A stretch of DNA of 64,000 nt from the IMG/VR virus record IMGVR_UViG_3300024052_000085, positions 1 through 64,000 of that record. The stretch is one strand, 5' to 3'. Shown here piece by piece: positions 1-11,229 of the stretch; position 1 is the first letter of the stretch; the number at the start of each line of letters is the position of its first letter. This DNA comes from a virus. The notes beneath the pieces were generated by a model. The model searched no databases, was not told where the DNA came from, and saw only the letters and a list, made by a program, of their open reading frames with translations. Position numbers and translations under genes: made by a program.

Positions 1-33
1 CCCGGGGGTCAGGGGGTGTCTACATAATAATAT

Positions 34-70
34 CGACATCAGGGGACGACCTCGAGTTAGACGACATCAG
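34..70 (+). repeat. 9-bp direct repeat CGACATCAG (34-42, 62-70) near the window start
   Basis: Exact copies seen; shares the CATCAG core with the internal promoter motif. Confidence 0.6.
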
Positions 71-99
71 AGGACAGCGAGTATTATATATATAGATTA

Positions 100-128
100 A
101 TTATATAGATGAATTAGATCTATATAAT
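100..128. repeat. AT-rich perfect 11-bp inverted repeat (ATTATATAGAT / ATCTATATAAT, 7-nt spacer)
   Basis: Seen directly; possible operator or origin element. Confidence 0.6.
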
Positions 129-275
129 AGATCTTCTCTAGATGAGAAAAGTCCCTGGGAGGAGTCTGCTTATGGACTAATCTGAGCACTCTCTGTTTCT
201 AGTTGGGAGAAGGCGCTCGGCGAATAACTAAGATCTGAGGGAAGTGAGGGTACGGGCGAGGATGGATTATCTATA

Positions 276-701
276 ATGCCTCAAACAGCTCGCGCTATCG
301 CTAAGTCCCAATCTACCGGAACGACCTCTCAGTCGAATAGAGACTACCACAATAGCTCACGTGGTCAGTTTAGAGATGCGCTCTGGTCTGAGTATCAGAA
401 GGACGCTCGCGCAATTACAACTCTCTGGAAACAGGGACATGCGCTCGCGGATGGAACTCCCTTTACTGAAGATATGGCTGACGCTGCTATAGCTACGCGT
501 TATCTCAAGTACAAGGAAGATCTGGCCTTATATGCTCCGGCTAAGAAGGAGCGGGGAGGCACGGCAAGGGTTATGATGTCTGGAGACGCGCAAGCGGCTA
601 TAGATGCAATGCTCTCTGCTCGTGGATCTGAAGTCTCGATCATGGATAAGGCTGAGGAAGTTGCGGAAGGTGCGGACGCAGTGAAAGCGAAGAAAGAGTA
701 A
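276..701 (+). CDS. hypothetical early protein
   Basis: ORF with upstream GAGG/GGA; locally higher GC; followed by a hairpin. Confidence 0.6.
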   Translation: MPQTARAIAKSQSTGTTSQSNRDYHNSSRGQFRDALWSEYQKDARAITTLWKQGHALADGTPFTEDMADAAIATRYLKYKEDLALYAPAKKERGGTARVMMSGDAQAAIDAMLSARGSEVSIMDKAEEVAEGADAVKAKKE

Positions 702-793
702 CTGATATAGGGGGCTTACTAATGGAACAATACTGTAAGCTCTCTAGGTCAGGGACTATGGAATAAAAAGTCTCTGGTATTAGGAGGTCCTTC

Positions 794-1018
794 ATGGACA
801 AGATCATCGTTTCGGCGATGGCTCGTTGTGAGAGGACTAGGTGTAACGTTCGAGTTAACTCTCGTTACGTGCTCGAGTCAGGCGTTCGACGTGCTTTCTG
901 TACTGAGAAATGCTTTATAGAGCAAGTGGCTAAAGAGAAAACTAATAAAGCGAAACGCTTAGTCATCAACGATGTGTCAGCTGTAGATATGGTAGAAGAT
1001 CTTTTGAAAGCGGTCTAA
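794..1018 (+). CDS. small Cys-rich (TRASH/MYM-like Zn-binding) protein
   Basis: CxxxxC...FCxxxC pattern; AGGAGG RBS. Confidence 0.5.
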   Translation: MDKIIVSAMARCERTRCNVRVNSRYVLESGVRRAFCTEKCFIEQVAKEKTNKAKRLVINDVSAVDMVEDLLKAV

Positions 1019-1025
1019 AGGGAAG

Positions 1026-1062
1026 AGAGAGAGGGGGTCTCAGAGATGAGATCCTCTTTTCT
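1026..1062 (+). terminator. stem-loop after the first two ORFs (terminator or processing site)
   Basis: GAGGGGGTCTCA-gaga-TGAGATCCTCTTTTCT. Confidence 0.55.
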
Positions 1063-1362
1063 ATAGTCGAGAGGACGCTGCGACTTTAAATAAAGGACTC
1101 AGGGGGGATTATTGCTCCTGGGTGAGGAGGAATCTTTGTTTATGGAGACTGGATATAGTTTCCTGAAGGTAAGATAATGTAGTGGATTTAACTCCCTTCA
1201 CTTAACCCACTATAGCCACATAGCATCAGATGAAAATCGAAAAACTTGTGGATACCATGGCGATTATTATATAATATATATAACAACTAAAAATCTAGAT
1301 AAATATAACGTATAACTGAGATATCAAAAAGGAGATGGATAAGAGTAACTAGATGTTTAGTA

Positions 1363-1713
1363 TTGTTAATATATTATAGGAGTAAGGTTTTGACGTCTAA
1401 GAATAAAATTGAAGAGTTTGAAGAGATTGAAGTCTCTAGTAACGGTTCTAGTAACGGATCATCGATGACTGATATGGAAGTAGATGCTCTGTTGGCAGAT
1501 GCTCTAAAGAAAGAGAACTACTCTAAAGAGTATAATCAACGTCCTGAGGTTAAAGAAGCTCGTAAGATTTATAACGAGTTGCGTCAAGCGAAACAGAAAG
1601 TAGGATCTCTGTTGTTGCACGAGCAAATCACGAGAGACGAGGCTGTGGCTTTCTTGAGTCAAATTAAGAATAAACAGGTCCCGGATCTCAAGATGTTTAA
1701 GGTATCTAGCTAA
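1363..1713 (+). CDS. hypothetical helical protein
   Basis: ORF track; start uncertain. Confidence 0.5.
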   Translation: MLIYYRSKVLTSKNKIEEFEEIEVSSNGSSNGSSMTDMEVDALLADALKKENYSKEYNQRPEVKEARKIYNELRQAKQKVGSLLLHEQITRDEAVAFLSQIKNKQVPDLKMFKVSS

Positions 1714-2793
1714 TGAAGATAGGGAGGAGGGAGGGATCTCTTTGTTGATTAGATATATTAGAATAGAAAGACTAAGGAGAAAGGCTTTGAGAAAAACGAT
1801 ATATCCCGTAGGTATGCCAAAGGATAAGAAAAACGAAATCTCTCGAAAGAGCGGTTATGTTGCTTTGTGTCATCTACGAGACAGTTACAGAGAAGAATAT
1901 CGTAGCGCTGTAACTAGTATTACTGGTGACAAAAAGTTAAATACTACTCATAGAGCTATGGTTATTGTCTCGAATGCTCATACAACAGAATATGATCAAT
2001 TGAGAATCGACAGTCGTACTATATTAATTAATGAATGGATTGCGATGGAAGCAAGTCCTTCAGAGTTAAAGGCTTGTGCTAATAGTGCTTTTAAGTCAAA
2101 GGAAGAAGATCCTAAGCAATCCGAGTCTTTGAGTTTCTTTGGAAAACTACTCTCAAAAGTAGGACTTAGAAACGTTAACTAATGTGTACGAGAGCTGGAG
2201 AAATAACGCATGAACCAGAACATCAGGATTGTATTTGGTGTTGTTGGTGTGACTGTTTTGGGGATTGTCATATTTCTCTTCTCGAATGCAATCAAAAGGA
2301 ATTAGATTATTTTGAAGATCTTTATAAAGGAGGATTTGGAACATAATGAATGTAATAACGTTTAGTAATAGAGAGAGAGGAGAGTTCTTTTTCTCGACTG
2401 ATCATTGTCAAGGAGCGAAGGAAGATACAATTCTAGATAATAATTGGGTTCCGGTTACTCAAAGATTACCAATTAGAATAGTTCCTCGTCCAGGCTTTGA
2501 GAATGGTATGATTAGAACTATTGATGGGCTTATAGCTATCTTCTTCTCTGATATGACTTTGATAGCTAATCCAGATGTGAGGTTTCGAAGGTGAATAGAT
2601 TAATTGACTATGGCAAAATTGATAGATGTCCAATATCTGATGTAGACTATAGCGAAGATGATGAAGTTCTAGTTACTGTTGAACTGAGTGACTTTAGAGA
2701 TGTTAGAATCTCGTATAAAGCTATAGTAGCACTGTATGAAGGACTGATGGAGAATCATCCAGGTTATCCTGATAAGTTATATGAGGTTTGTAA

Positions 2794-3081
2794 ATGACGC
2801 CGTTTGAAGAACAAGTTAAGAAGATTCGAGAACGTTTGGATGTTTTAACTGTTAGAGAGAAAGTAGTTTTATCTTATAGATTCGGATTGGCTGATGGACG
2901 ATCTCTTTCTTTAGAAGAAGTGGGAAAGGGGTTAGGAGTAACTCGTGAAAGAGTTCGTCAGATCGAAGCTAAGGCTTTAAGGAAGATAAATTCTCCTAAG
3001 CAATTGACTAGTGAAGAAAGAAGGGAGGAAAAAGATTCTCGGATGTTGGATAAAGTATTGGGGTGTATCAATAATGGATAG
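2794..3081 (+). CDS. stand-alone sigma70 region 4 (HTH) protein
   Basis: [44 protein letters not shown] matches RpoD region 4.2; regions 2 and 3 absent. Confidence 0.9.
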   Translation: MTPFEEQVKKIRERLDVLTVREKVVLSYRFGLADGRSLSLEEVGKGLGVTRERVRQIEAKALRKINSPKQLTSEERREEKDSRMLDKVLGCINNG

Positions 3082-3526
3082 AAGGGATCATACAGATAGC
3101 TATAGATGGTGGGATGAAGTCTCTCCTGATAGAATAAAGGTAACTTTAAGGGATGCTTTTCTAGATGAAGAAGACAATCTCGTTTCTGTAGATGAAGATC
3201 TAGAGGAAGTTAATAAGAGGTGGTATCATATCAAATGGGTTATATGTACTATGTGTCAAGGTAGAGGACAGTATATAAATCCAAGTATTGATAGTCATGG
3301 GTTAACTAGTGAAGATTTTGATCGGGATCCAGATTTCAAGGATGACTATCTTAGTGGTCTATATAATATGACATGTGAGTTATGCGGAGGACGGGCAGTA
3401 CAACCCGAGTTCGATGAAGACTATAATTCAAATGCAAAAGAGTTGATAGAAGCTAGGGATAAATTTCTAGATATGTTACAGGGATGGGATGCTGAATCAG
3501 AAATGGAAAGGATGATGGGTGCATAA
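3011..3526 (+). CDS. CxxCxGxG Zn-finger protein (probable start at the ATG near 3074)
   Basis: CTMCQGRG and CELCGGR motifs. Confidence 0.6.
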   Translation: MKKEGRKKILGCWIKYWGVSIMDRRDHTDSYRWWDEVSPDRIKVTLRDAFLDEEDNLVSVDEDLEEVNKRWYHIKWVICTMCQGRGQYINPSIDSHGLTSEDFDRDPDFKDDYLSGLYNMTCELCGGRAVQPEFDEDYNSNAKELIEARDKFLDMLQGWDAESEMERMMGA

Positions 3527-3899
3527 ATGGGACCTTTTACAGATTCAATGATTTGTAGGAATCAAAGTAGTGGACATTTAGTTGTTAGGTGTAAAGGATG
3601 TGGAAGTCGTCATTCTACTAAGAATATTGGATGGTGTGATGATAAAACTAAAGTTGTACGTTTAGCTCGTTCTCTATTCGATATGTTCGATGAGCGTTGT
3701 AGTTGCGATGATCCAGCGGAGTTTCCATTAGTTCACGATTGTGATGTCGATGATATTTGTTTTGATTGGGAAACTAAAACGTTTGTTAAAATAGGAGCGT
3801 GATACGATTTCAGCTTATAACTTTCGGGTTATAGGCTGGCGTCGGATTATGATCTTAGTAAGATTATTAGTTCGAAATACGAAATAAGGAGGTTAATTG

Positions 3900-4055
3900 A
3901 TGCCAGAGATTACAGAAGAACAAATGGCAAAGCTTGAGAAAGCAGAACGCGAATCAGAACGTCGTAAAGAGTCGAATCGTAAGCGGTCTGTTGCTATCCG
4001 AGAGCTTATTAAGTCTCATCAAGACGAATATAAGCGTAACTTCGACGCAGCTTAA
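3900..4055 (+). CDS. 51-aa charged helical protein, not in the ORF track (MPEITEEQMAKLEKAERESERRKESNRKRSVAIRELIKSHQDEYKRNFDAA)
   Basis: AAGGAGGT RBS; flanked by hairpins; translated by hand. Confidence 0.7.
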   Translation: MPEITEEQMAKLEKAERESERRKESNRKRSVAIRELIKSHQDEYKRNFDAA

Positions 4056-4470
4056 GGAATACTCAAAGGTGGAGGCAGTATCTAAGGATGCTGTCTTCAT
4101 CTAATCTCTACATGATATAGAAAGGAGAAGAAAAGCATGTATGAGCTAGGTTTTGAATACGGATTGTATATAGTATGGGCTATTACGTTACTTATTGCTT
4201 TTAGTAGTGGACAATATCTTAATACACGTACTCGCAAGCGTAAAGGTAAGAAGTAATGGAGAATTGTGGGTTGTGTGGCCAGGAAGTCGAAGGCTTTGCT
4301 GTTCGCCAAAGTTCTGAAGATAGTGAACAGTACGGTAAAGGACTTTGTGGACTCTGTTTAGATTTTATTGTTTCGTTTTCTATGTCTTCAACGTTTAAAG
4401 AAGCTGAGACGTTAACTAAATCTGAACCTCTTAGGTTTCTAAGACTTAAACAAAAATTAGAGGTTATATA

Positions 4471-4638
4471 ATGAAAGAAGTTACGATATCTCTGAAAATA
4501 GATAGGATAACTAAAAACAAGGTTCTATTCAAAAATGTTGAAAGTCCTGGTCTTAATGTAGATAGTATCTATATTGATAAGAAACATTTCGAGGGTCAAG
4601 ATCCCCCAGATGAGATCAAGATTACTGTAGCGGCTTAA
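4471..4638 (+). CDS. 55-aa small beta-rich protein, not in the ORF track (MKEVTISLKIDRITKNKVLF...PPDEIKITVAA)
   Basis: TAATG-coupled to the upstream ORF; GAGGT RBS. Confidence 0.6.
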   Translation: MKEVTISLKIDRITKNKVLFKNVESPGLNVDSIYIDKKHFEGQDPPDEIKITVAA

Positions 4639-4739
4639 TGAATTCCTCCGAAGGCAGAAGCCGGATTCCGTCCCGGACTGATGAATATATGACGACGCCT
4701 AGGAGGACAATAAAATATAGGAGTCAAAAGAAATAAAAT

Positions 4740-5306
4740 ATGGTAACTAATAATATAGATGTAATGAATATCTATAGGCAAGCTAGAGAAAAGGTTGATG
4801 ATAAGTTTGCTAAAGAGAAAGAAGATTATGAAATGAAGACTGCTTTTCTTTGTAGTAAAGATGTTGTTGGCTTTCTAGAAGATATAGGTAATTCTTTAGC
4901 TGGAGATTCGCTTCATTGGGTTAGTGTTGAAGAGAGATGGACTAAATATGAAGATAAGTTTCAAGGAGGGGTTCAAGTACTGATTCGTATTTCTTCAGAC
5001 GATGAAGAATCTGCTGATGTAGTTAGAGGTAAGATACAGAGAGTTTATCATGCTCCTGCTACTCGTTCGGTTAATAACTATGATGGTTCAATATCTTATA
5101 ACTTTGATAAGGCTATAAGTTCTGTAACTACTACGGATGAAAATGACGAAGAAGTGTTTATAGCTCCAGGAAATATTAAAGTTTCTATTGGTCGAGGATC
5201 TCTAGCTGCTTCATGTGAAGTTGTAGAAGTGATAGAAACAGTTAAGAGATTCGAAATAAAATGTACAGATGGAATGGAGGGTATAGATCAAGATGGTAAT
5301 GAATAA
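4740..5306 (+). CDS. hypothetical protein
   Basis: 188-aa ORF with AGGAG RBS. Confidence 0.6.
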   Translation: MVTNNIDVMNIYRQAREKVDDKFAKEKEDYEMKTAFLCSKDVVGFLEDIGNSLAGDSLHWVSVEERWTKYEDKFQGGVQVLIRISSDDEESADVVRGKIQRVYHAPATRSVNNYDGSISYNFDKAISSVTTTDENDEEVFIAPGNIKVSIGRGSLAASCEVVEVIETVKRFEIKCTDGMEGIDQDGNE

Positions 5307-6667
5307 AGAAGGGCAAGCGATAGAATGTATTGGATTTATGACTTCTATGAGAGGTAGGTTGATTTTAGATCAAGCTTTATCGCTAGCTATTAGGGAGTTA
5401 GATAAAGTTGAGGGTGCTATGAAACAAGTTTCTAACATTGCAGATATGAAATATCTAAGAGATAGTTTTTGTGGTGATATGAAAGGAGTTTCTAATCTTA
5501 TAGAGACAGAGGAAGTTAAAGAAAGTTATTTAAGTTAGCATTCAGATTAAGAGGGGGGAGTATTATTACTCTCCTTTCTTTGTCTGCATACTAGATGCGG
5601 AAATCTTAAAAGGAGGTGAAGAATATATGGTTACACTATTTGAAGATTCTAGAGACGATGCAGAGAATAGAGGAGAACGTTTAGGTTACTGCAATACACA
5701 TCATGTTAGAGTTGTGGACGAAGATTGTCCTCAATGCAAAGATGATGAATATCGTAGCAATTTACAAGATCTTATAAAAGGTGAAGAGTAATGAGAGTTA
5801 CCTTGTTTACAGTTGGAGTAGCTGAGATGGATGACGATGATGTATTTCATGGTAGTCCAGTTGAGTTACAAGAAGCTTTAAGAGAATATTGTAATGAAAG
5901 AGGCTTAGTTAAGGAGTTTATTGTAGATTATGTTTTGTCTAGGTACGAAGATCATAAAGACCTTGAAGAAGGCTGCGACGAAACTCATACGAAAAAGTGG
6001 AAAGAAAATGGATGTGGATCCTGTATAGATATAATAGAAGATTTTAAAGAAGGACGTATTAGCTAATGGATACGTATTAATAATATATGGATCAATTTGA
6101 AGAAGTACTTGATGTTGTTGTTAGAGGTGAAAATATTCGTGATTCTTTATTCTTTAGGTCGAATGATGACTTTGAAGAGAGAATTTCAGGAATGCTAGAA
6201 AGTAGGGAAAAGTACTTGAAGACTTTTAAAGGTCCTCAGGATATAGCTGAAGCAAAGATACTCTATGAAGAAGCCATCTCTGACTATTTTGGGGATATTA
6301 CTATTCCAAATGTAATAGAACTTATCTGGGAGAGAGAAGATCTAAGGTTAGGCTTTCTTACTTATGTTCTAGAGTATTATGAATCTTCTGCTAAGAATAA
6401 TGAATTTGGCTTAAATCCTTGGGATGATCAAAATAGAAGAATTTTATTAGGAGTTAAAGCAAAACTAGATGAAATATCTAATAACTGAAGGCGATCTTGA
6501 GGTTCTCAAATTGGAGGGTCCTAGTCTTATGAGTATTCTAGGATTTGAAGAACAGGATGAAGATAACTTTTCTGTTGGTATTCTTCTAACAGCAGAAGAT
6601 GGTACCGAATATTCGCTAATTATAGGGGATAAGTAAACTTTGGGGTTCGTTCTCCCAAGTATGATAG

Positions 6668-7660
6668 GTGGGACATACTATTGTATTAAGGGCAAACAAG
6701 AACGATAATGGATGTCACTGGAACTCCAATCAGGATGGCGTCCGCCCCAATAATTCAAATACCTGCAAATATAAAGGAGTACTAATGGTACGCAAATTAT
6801 TTGGCTCAACGGAAAATATTGTTATTGAACCTAGTCAAGAACAAAATTCTTTATTCGAACATTCTAGAGTTAATGTTACACCTTTAATAGCTCGAGAATG
6901 GTTAGATACTATGATTGTTAATCGTAGACCTGTAAAGAGTAAGATTAAACAATACGGCGAGTCTATGAAACAAGGTAAATGGTTCGATCAGGGTGAATGT
7001 ATTAAGTTTGACTTTGAAGGTCATCTTAAAGATGGTCAGAATAGATTACTGGCTATAATTGATCAAGATATGACTGTTCCTTTAGAAGTACTTAGAGGAG
7101 TTCATCCAGAATCTCAAAAGTATATGGATATTGGGGCAGCAAGGAAGCCTGCAGATAGTCTATATATGGCAGGTATTGAATATTCTTCAAAGATTAGTAC
7201 GTCTCTAACTTTATTGAATCAATACGATAGTCAAGGGTTCATAAGCATTCAGGGAGGTAGTAAAAGGTTAAATACTTTCGAAGTTATTGAAGCTTTAGAA
7301 AAGTATCCTGGTATAGTAGATAGTGCTAAGTGTATCTTTAATACTTCTGTAGCTCAGAAACTTATGACTGGTTCTCATTTGGTATTCTGTCATTACATCT
7401 TTAATAGGATTGATCCGAATGTGTGTACTTCTTTCTGGGATCAAGTAGATAAGGGTTACAATCTTACGAAAAATGATCCGATTCATCTTCTGAGGGAAAA
7501 GATGATAACTAATAAAGCAGCTAGTCTTGCAACTAAGCAAAATCCAATAGTTATGATAGCTTTTGTTGTAAAGGCGTGGAACCTTCACAGAGCAGGTAGA
7601 AGTATTAGTCGGTTACAGTATTCAGCTACCAGCAACGATCAGTTTCCGAAGGCAATTTAA
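6668..7660 (+). CDS. ParB-N-like / DGQHR-type domain protein (probable start ATG 6785)
   Basis: TPxxAxxWL..NR..Y..M..GKW..LKDGQNRLLAI motif; AGGAG before ATG 6785. Confidence 0.7.
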   Translation: MGHTIVLRANKNDNGCHWNSNQDGVRPNNSNTCKYKGVLMVRKLFGSTENIVIEPSQEQNSLFEHSRVNVTPLIAREWLDTMIVNRRPVKSKIKQYGESMKQGKWFDQGECIKFDFEGHLKDGQNRLLAIIDQDMTVPLEVLRGVHPESQKYMDIGAARKPADSLYMAGIEYSSKISTSLTLLNQYDSQGFISIQGGSKRLNTFEVIEALEKYPGIVDSAKCIFNTSVAQKLMTGSHLVFCHYIFNRIDPNVCTSFWDQVDKGYNLTKNDPIHLLREKMITNKAASLATKQNPIVMIAFVVKAWNLHRAGRSISRLQYSATSNDQFPKAI

Positions 7661-9749
7661 GGAGATTAAACGTGCTTTGTACAGTACTGATAACGAAAAA
7701 ATATCCTGATGAGGAACTTCCAACAATGGAGTGGGATGAAGAGGAACCCGGCATCTTAGAAGTATACGTTAACCATACAGATGGACAAAAAGCTTGTATA
7801 ACTATAGATGCTGAATTCCTAAATTTGCTAGGAGAGTGTATAGAGGAAGGATATTCGCAGGATGTTTTGAAACATTTAAGTTCATAAGGAGATTAGAGGG
7901 GCTAGTGTCGATAGCCTCTCAGATCTGCGTATGAATAATAAGCGTAGTAAAGGAGGTGAAGATAATGGCGATCACTGAAGAACAACTAAAGGATTTTGAA
8001 CTCTGGATTAAAGAAACTGATAGGATTGACGAGCTATATAAGGATCTTAAGCCTTCGGAAATCCGAGAACTTGTTAGAGAATTTTGTGGAAGTATAGTTG
8101 CTAATATGACTCTAGAAGATATAGTTGCAATAGGCGATTCAGCTAATCCTATATTTCATATAGACTTAGATTATCTAGATGATAAGATTAAGAAGTATGA
8201 AGTAGATATAGTTTTAGATTATAAACATGATCAAACATATCAAGAGGAGATGAATAATGATTGATAATGAAAAGATCAAGCAAGACGTATTAGATGGAAA
8301 CATTACTATAATTGCTGTAATCGATGCAGTAATAGAAATAAATGGATTCGTTGGAGTAGGTCTTATTACTCTAGGAGATGATCTTAAAGATTATTGCTAT
8401 GGGTATTCTAAAATGGTGCATAATAAAGGGAGGAGAGATGATAGGAATGCCTAAAGCAGATTTTAAAACGATAATAGCGTTTATTGTTGGTACTTTAGTT
8501 GTACTTTGTATAATTGCGACAATAGCAACGAATTTGTAATAGAAGGAGGGATAATTTATGTTAGACTTAGAAGAAGAAATGGATCAAGTTCTAGAAAAGT
8601 GGATTCATAATCTGTATTATGATCTTCCTAGGGAAGAAGTTCCTATTGGAGAGTTTCGTATAGTAGTAGAACAAGTAGATAAAGCTATTTTGAGGTATCA
8701 GCAAGAAACTTTAAGGATATTAGATAATGCCAACAGTAACTAGTCTAGTAAGAGGCGGAGAAAATGTTAAAGTAAAATGGTCTATAGGACACTGTGGAAT
8801 GCTCTTAGAGTGGATGCAGTCTGAGAATTCTCTTCCAGGAGATAAAGAACCAGAGCTTTTTCCTACTAGTTATGTATTTCTAGAGGATCATTCTAGGACT
8901 TTTATGGAAAGCGATGTGTATCGTGATGGAGATCCTGACAAAATGGAAACGTTTGAAGTGAAAGCTGGGGATAAATACGAATGTTGGCACGAGTTTAAGA
9001 GGTAGTATGAGTTTAGAATATTTAAATGGTACAGATCTTGAGTCTATTCCTAATCCTATTAGAAAGGATTATCTAGACTATATGAGATGGATCCAGGCAA
9101 AAGAAGACCACAGAAAACTTATTCAGAAGAGATCGGTAACAAGGCGTAAAGATGCTTTGGATTATATTGAAGGACTGAAGCAGGTTATGCATCATCCTGA
9201 TCTTATAGAATTAAAGAAAGTGGTTTTACGTCATTCTCAGTTATTCAGTCTTACAGCTATTCACGAGATTTGTAAGAAAATAGATGAAGTTTGTGGAGAA
9301 TAATTTAATGATTGAAGAACCTAGTAAGAGTCTTAAGGTAAAAAGGAATCTTCGTGTAAACGTCTATAGAGTTGAGAGGGCATATGGAGGTTCAGAAGAG
9401 GGAGGTTGGTGGTTCGATCAAGGAAGGTTTGTAGAAAGTTGGCCTTGTACTTGCGAATGTAGTCTTCCTATAGAAGAAAGACCGACAGAAGATGAAAGAG
9501 GTAACCAGGGGTGGTATGCTCAATTAGATACTTGGTGGGGCCATCATGAAGAAGGATGTAATTCTCTAGAGTGTTATGAGAAAATAGATAAAGTTTTCTC
9601 AGAACATCAAGATGAGTGGTATCCTCAATTCTCCGGAGATGAGTCCGAACCTAGAAGAGGAGAGACTTTTAGTACTGGTAAGATACAAATCGATATCGAA
9701 CTTAATTGTGGCAAGAACTTTCCGGAGCATATGCCTCACTATTCTTAAA

Positions 9750-9774
9750 GCATCAGATTAATTTATGTTAAAAT
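9750..9774 (+). promoter_or_regulatory. virus-specific promoter motif, copy 1
   Basis: GCATCAGATTAATTTATGTTAAAAT, intergenic. Confidence 0.7.
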
Positions 9775-9799
9775 AATGATATGAACATAAGGAATAAGT

Positions 9800-10663
9800 A
9801 TGCAGTTCGATAGAGATAAAAGAAAAGCTTATGCTAGAGAGTATCAAGCTAATAAGAAGAGGGAACAAGATCTTCTTAAGAGATGGATAGCTGAAAATCC
9901 TGAAGCTTATCAGAAAAAGTTAGCAGTTATCAAAGCTAAAGCTGATAAAGAGCAATCTAGAGTTCAAGATTTCAGGGATATTGTAGGTACTGAGTACTTT
10001 AAAGCAGTTTCAATACATGCATGTCCTGATTTAATGTGTGAGTGCGGTATTCCGGAGTCTCCAGCTATGCATTCTCCTATGCAAAGATCTAAGAGAAATT
10101 GTAGTACGTGTGGAGAAGACTATTCTGCAGTATTTTATCAAGTAGGATATGAGACTAAAGATCAACATAAATGCGATAGATGGGGTCTGTTTGTAATGTC
10201 TCCTCAAGAATATACTTCTATCAGTAAGGTAGATGGATTGTATAATCAATGGTCTAATAAAGTAATGTTAGCAGGTCCTGGAGAAAGGTATAATAACAGT
10301 AAACCTAATGGACATATAACTCTACAATGGTTTAAACCTTCTAGAGCTTTGTTTGCTGTATGTAATTACTGTAATGAAGGTTTAGATCAAGGGTATCTAT
10401 CTTTCGCAGAAAGAGTTCATAATACTATCTCTGGTCAAGGACATTATGGAGACTCTTTACTGTCGTGTTTAAGATGTACAGAGAAACATTATCAAGCTCC
10501 TCTACCTTTCCAGTGGGAAATTAGAGATTGGGAGATTGGATTCTTTAGTAATAAAGAGTTTGATTGGAGCATTCATCATCAATCTCAAAGAGATGAGATA
10601 GAGAAAAACTTTATGAAATATAAAGGGTATTTAGATTCTATAGACTTTAATGATCTGAGGTAA
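9800..10663 (+). CDS. multi-Cys Zn-binding protein
   Basis: Several CxxC pairs; charged N-terminal helix. Confidence 0.55.
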   Translation: MQFDRDKRKAYAREYQANKKREQDLLKRWIAENPEAYQKKLAVIKAKADKEQSRVQDFRDIVGTEYFKAVSIHACPDLMCECGIPESPAMHSPMQRSKRNCSTCGEDYSAVFYQVGYETKDQHKCDRWGLFVMSPQEYTSISKVDGLYNQWSNKVMLAGPGERYNNSKPNGHITLQWFKPSRALFAVCNYCNEGLDQGYLSFAERVHNTISGQGHYGDSLLSCLRCTEKHYQAPLPFQWEIRDWEIGFFSNKEFDWSIHHQSQRDEIEKNFMKYKGYLDSIDFNDLR

Positions 10664-10668
10664 TTGTA

Positions 10669-11229
10669 TTGGTTCACGATAATCCCGAATTTTTAAGTAA
10701 GGTTAAGGGGGTTGTTTCCTTTCATAAGAAGGGAGACAACTCTGATATTGCATTAGTAACTAGAGAGTGTCCTTATTGTTGGACAAGCGTAGAACAACCT
10801 GTTGAACATATATATGTTACCTGTCTTAGTTTATGGGGAACTTATATTTGCAGTAGTTGTGGAACTTATTATTACTTTGTAGGTGATAATATATATCAGT
10901 ATATCCCAGAAGCTCAGTTAATGCATATTCCTCATTATGCAAAGAGACCTTCTAGATTAGATACTATTAAGGATTATAATAGTCTATTTTATAGGGCCAA
11001 AGCTTTTAACTGGTTTGATACGATAAATCTGGAAGAAATAAGTATAGTTGAAAATGTTTGGACTATGGCTATAGAAGTTGCAGCTCAAATGAATACAAAG
11101 CTTAAGACAGGTATAGCTCCTGGATATAGTATTGGATACGAGTTATCTGGGGAGTTAGATCCTCAATCTTTAAATAGCGTAAAATTTGTTGAAGCTTTGG
11201 AGTTTCTTAAGGAGAAGGAGTTAGTGTAA
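10669..11229 (+). CDS. Zn-ribbon protein
   Basis: CPYC...CSSCG. Confidence 0.5.
   Translation: MVHDNPEFLSKVKGVVSFHKKGDNSDIALVTRECPYCWTSVEQPVEHIYVTCLSLWGTYICSSCGTYYYFVGDNIYQYIPEAQLMHIPHYAKRPSRLDTIKDYNSLFYRAKAFNWFDTINLEEISIVENVWTMAIEVAAQMNTKLKTGIAPGYSIGYELSGELDPQSLNSVKFVEALEFLKEKELV

Noticed and set aside
4660-4700. Hammerhead ribozyme or fluoride riboswitch suggested by CTGATGA
   Set aside because: The hammerhead GAAA core and stem II are missing, and the fluoride riboswitch 5' consensus is absent.
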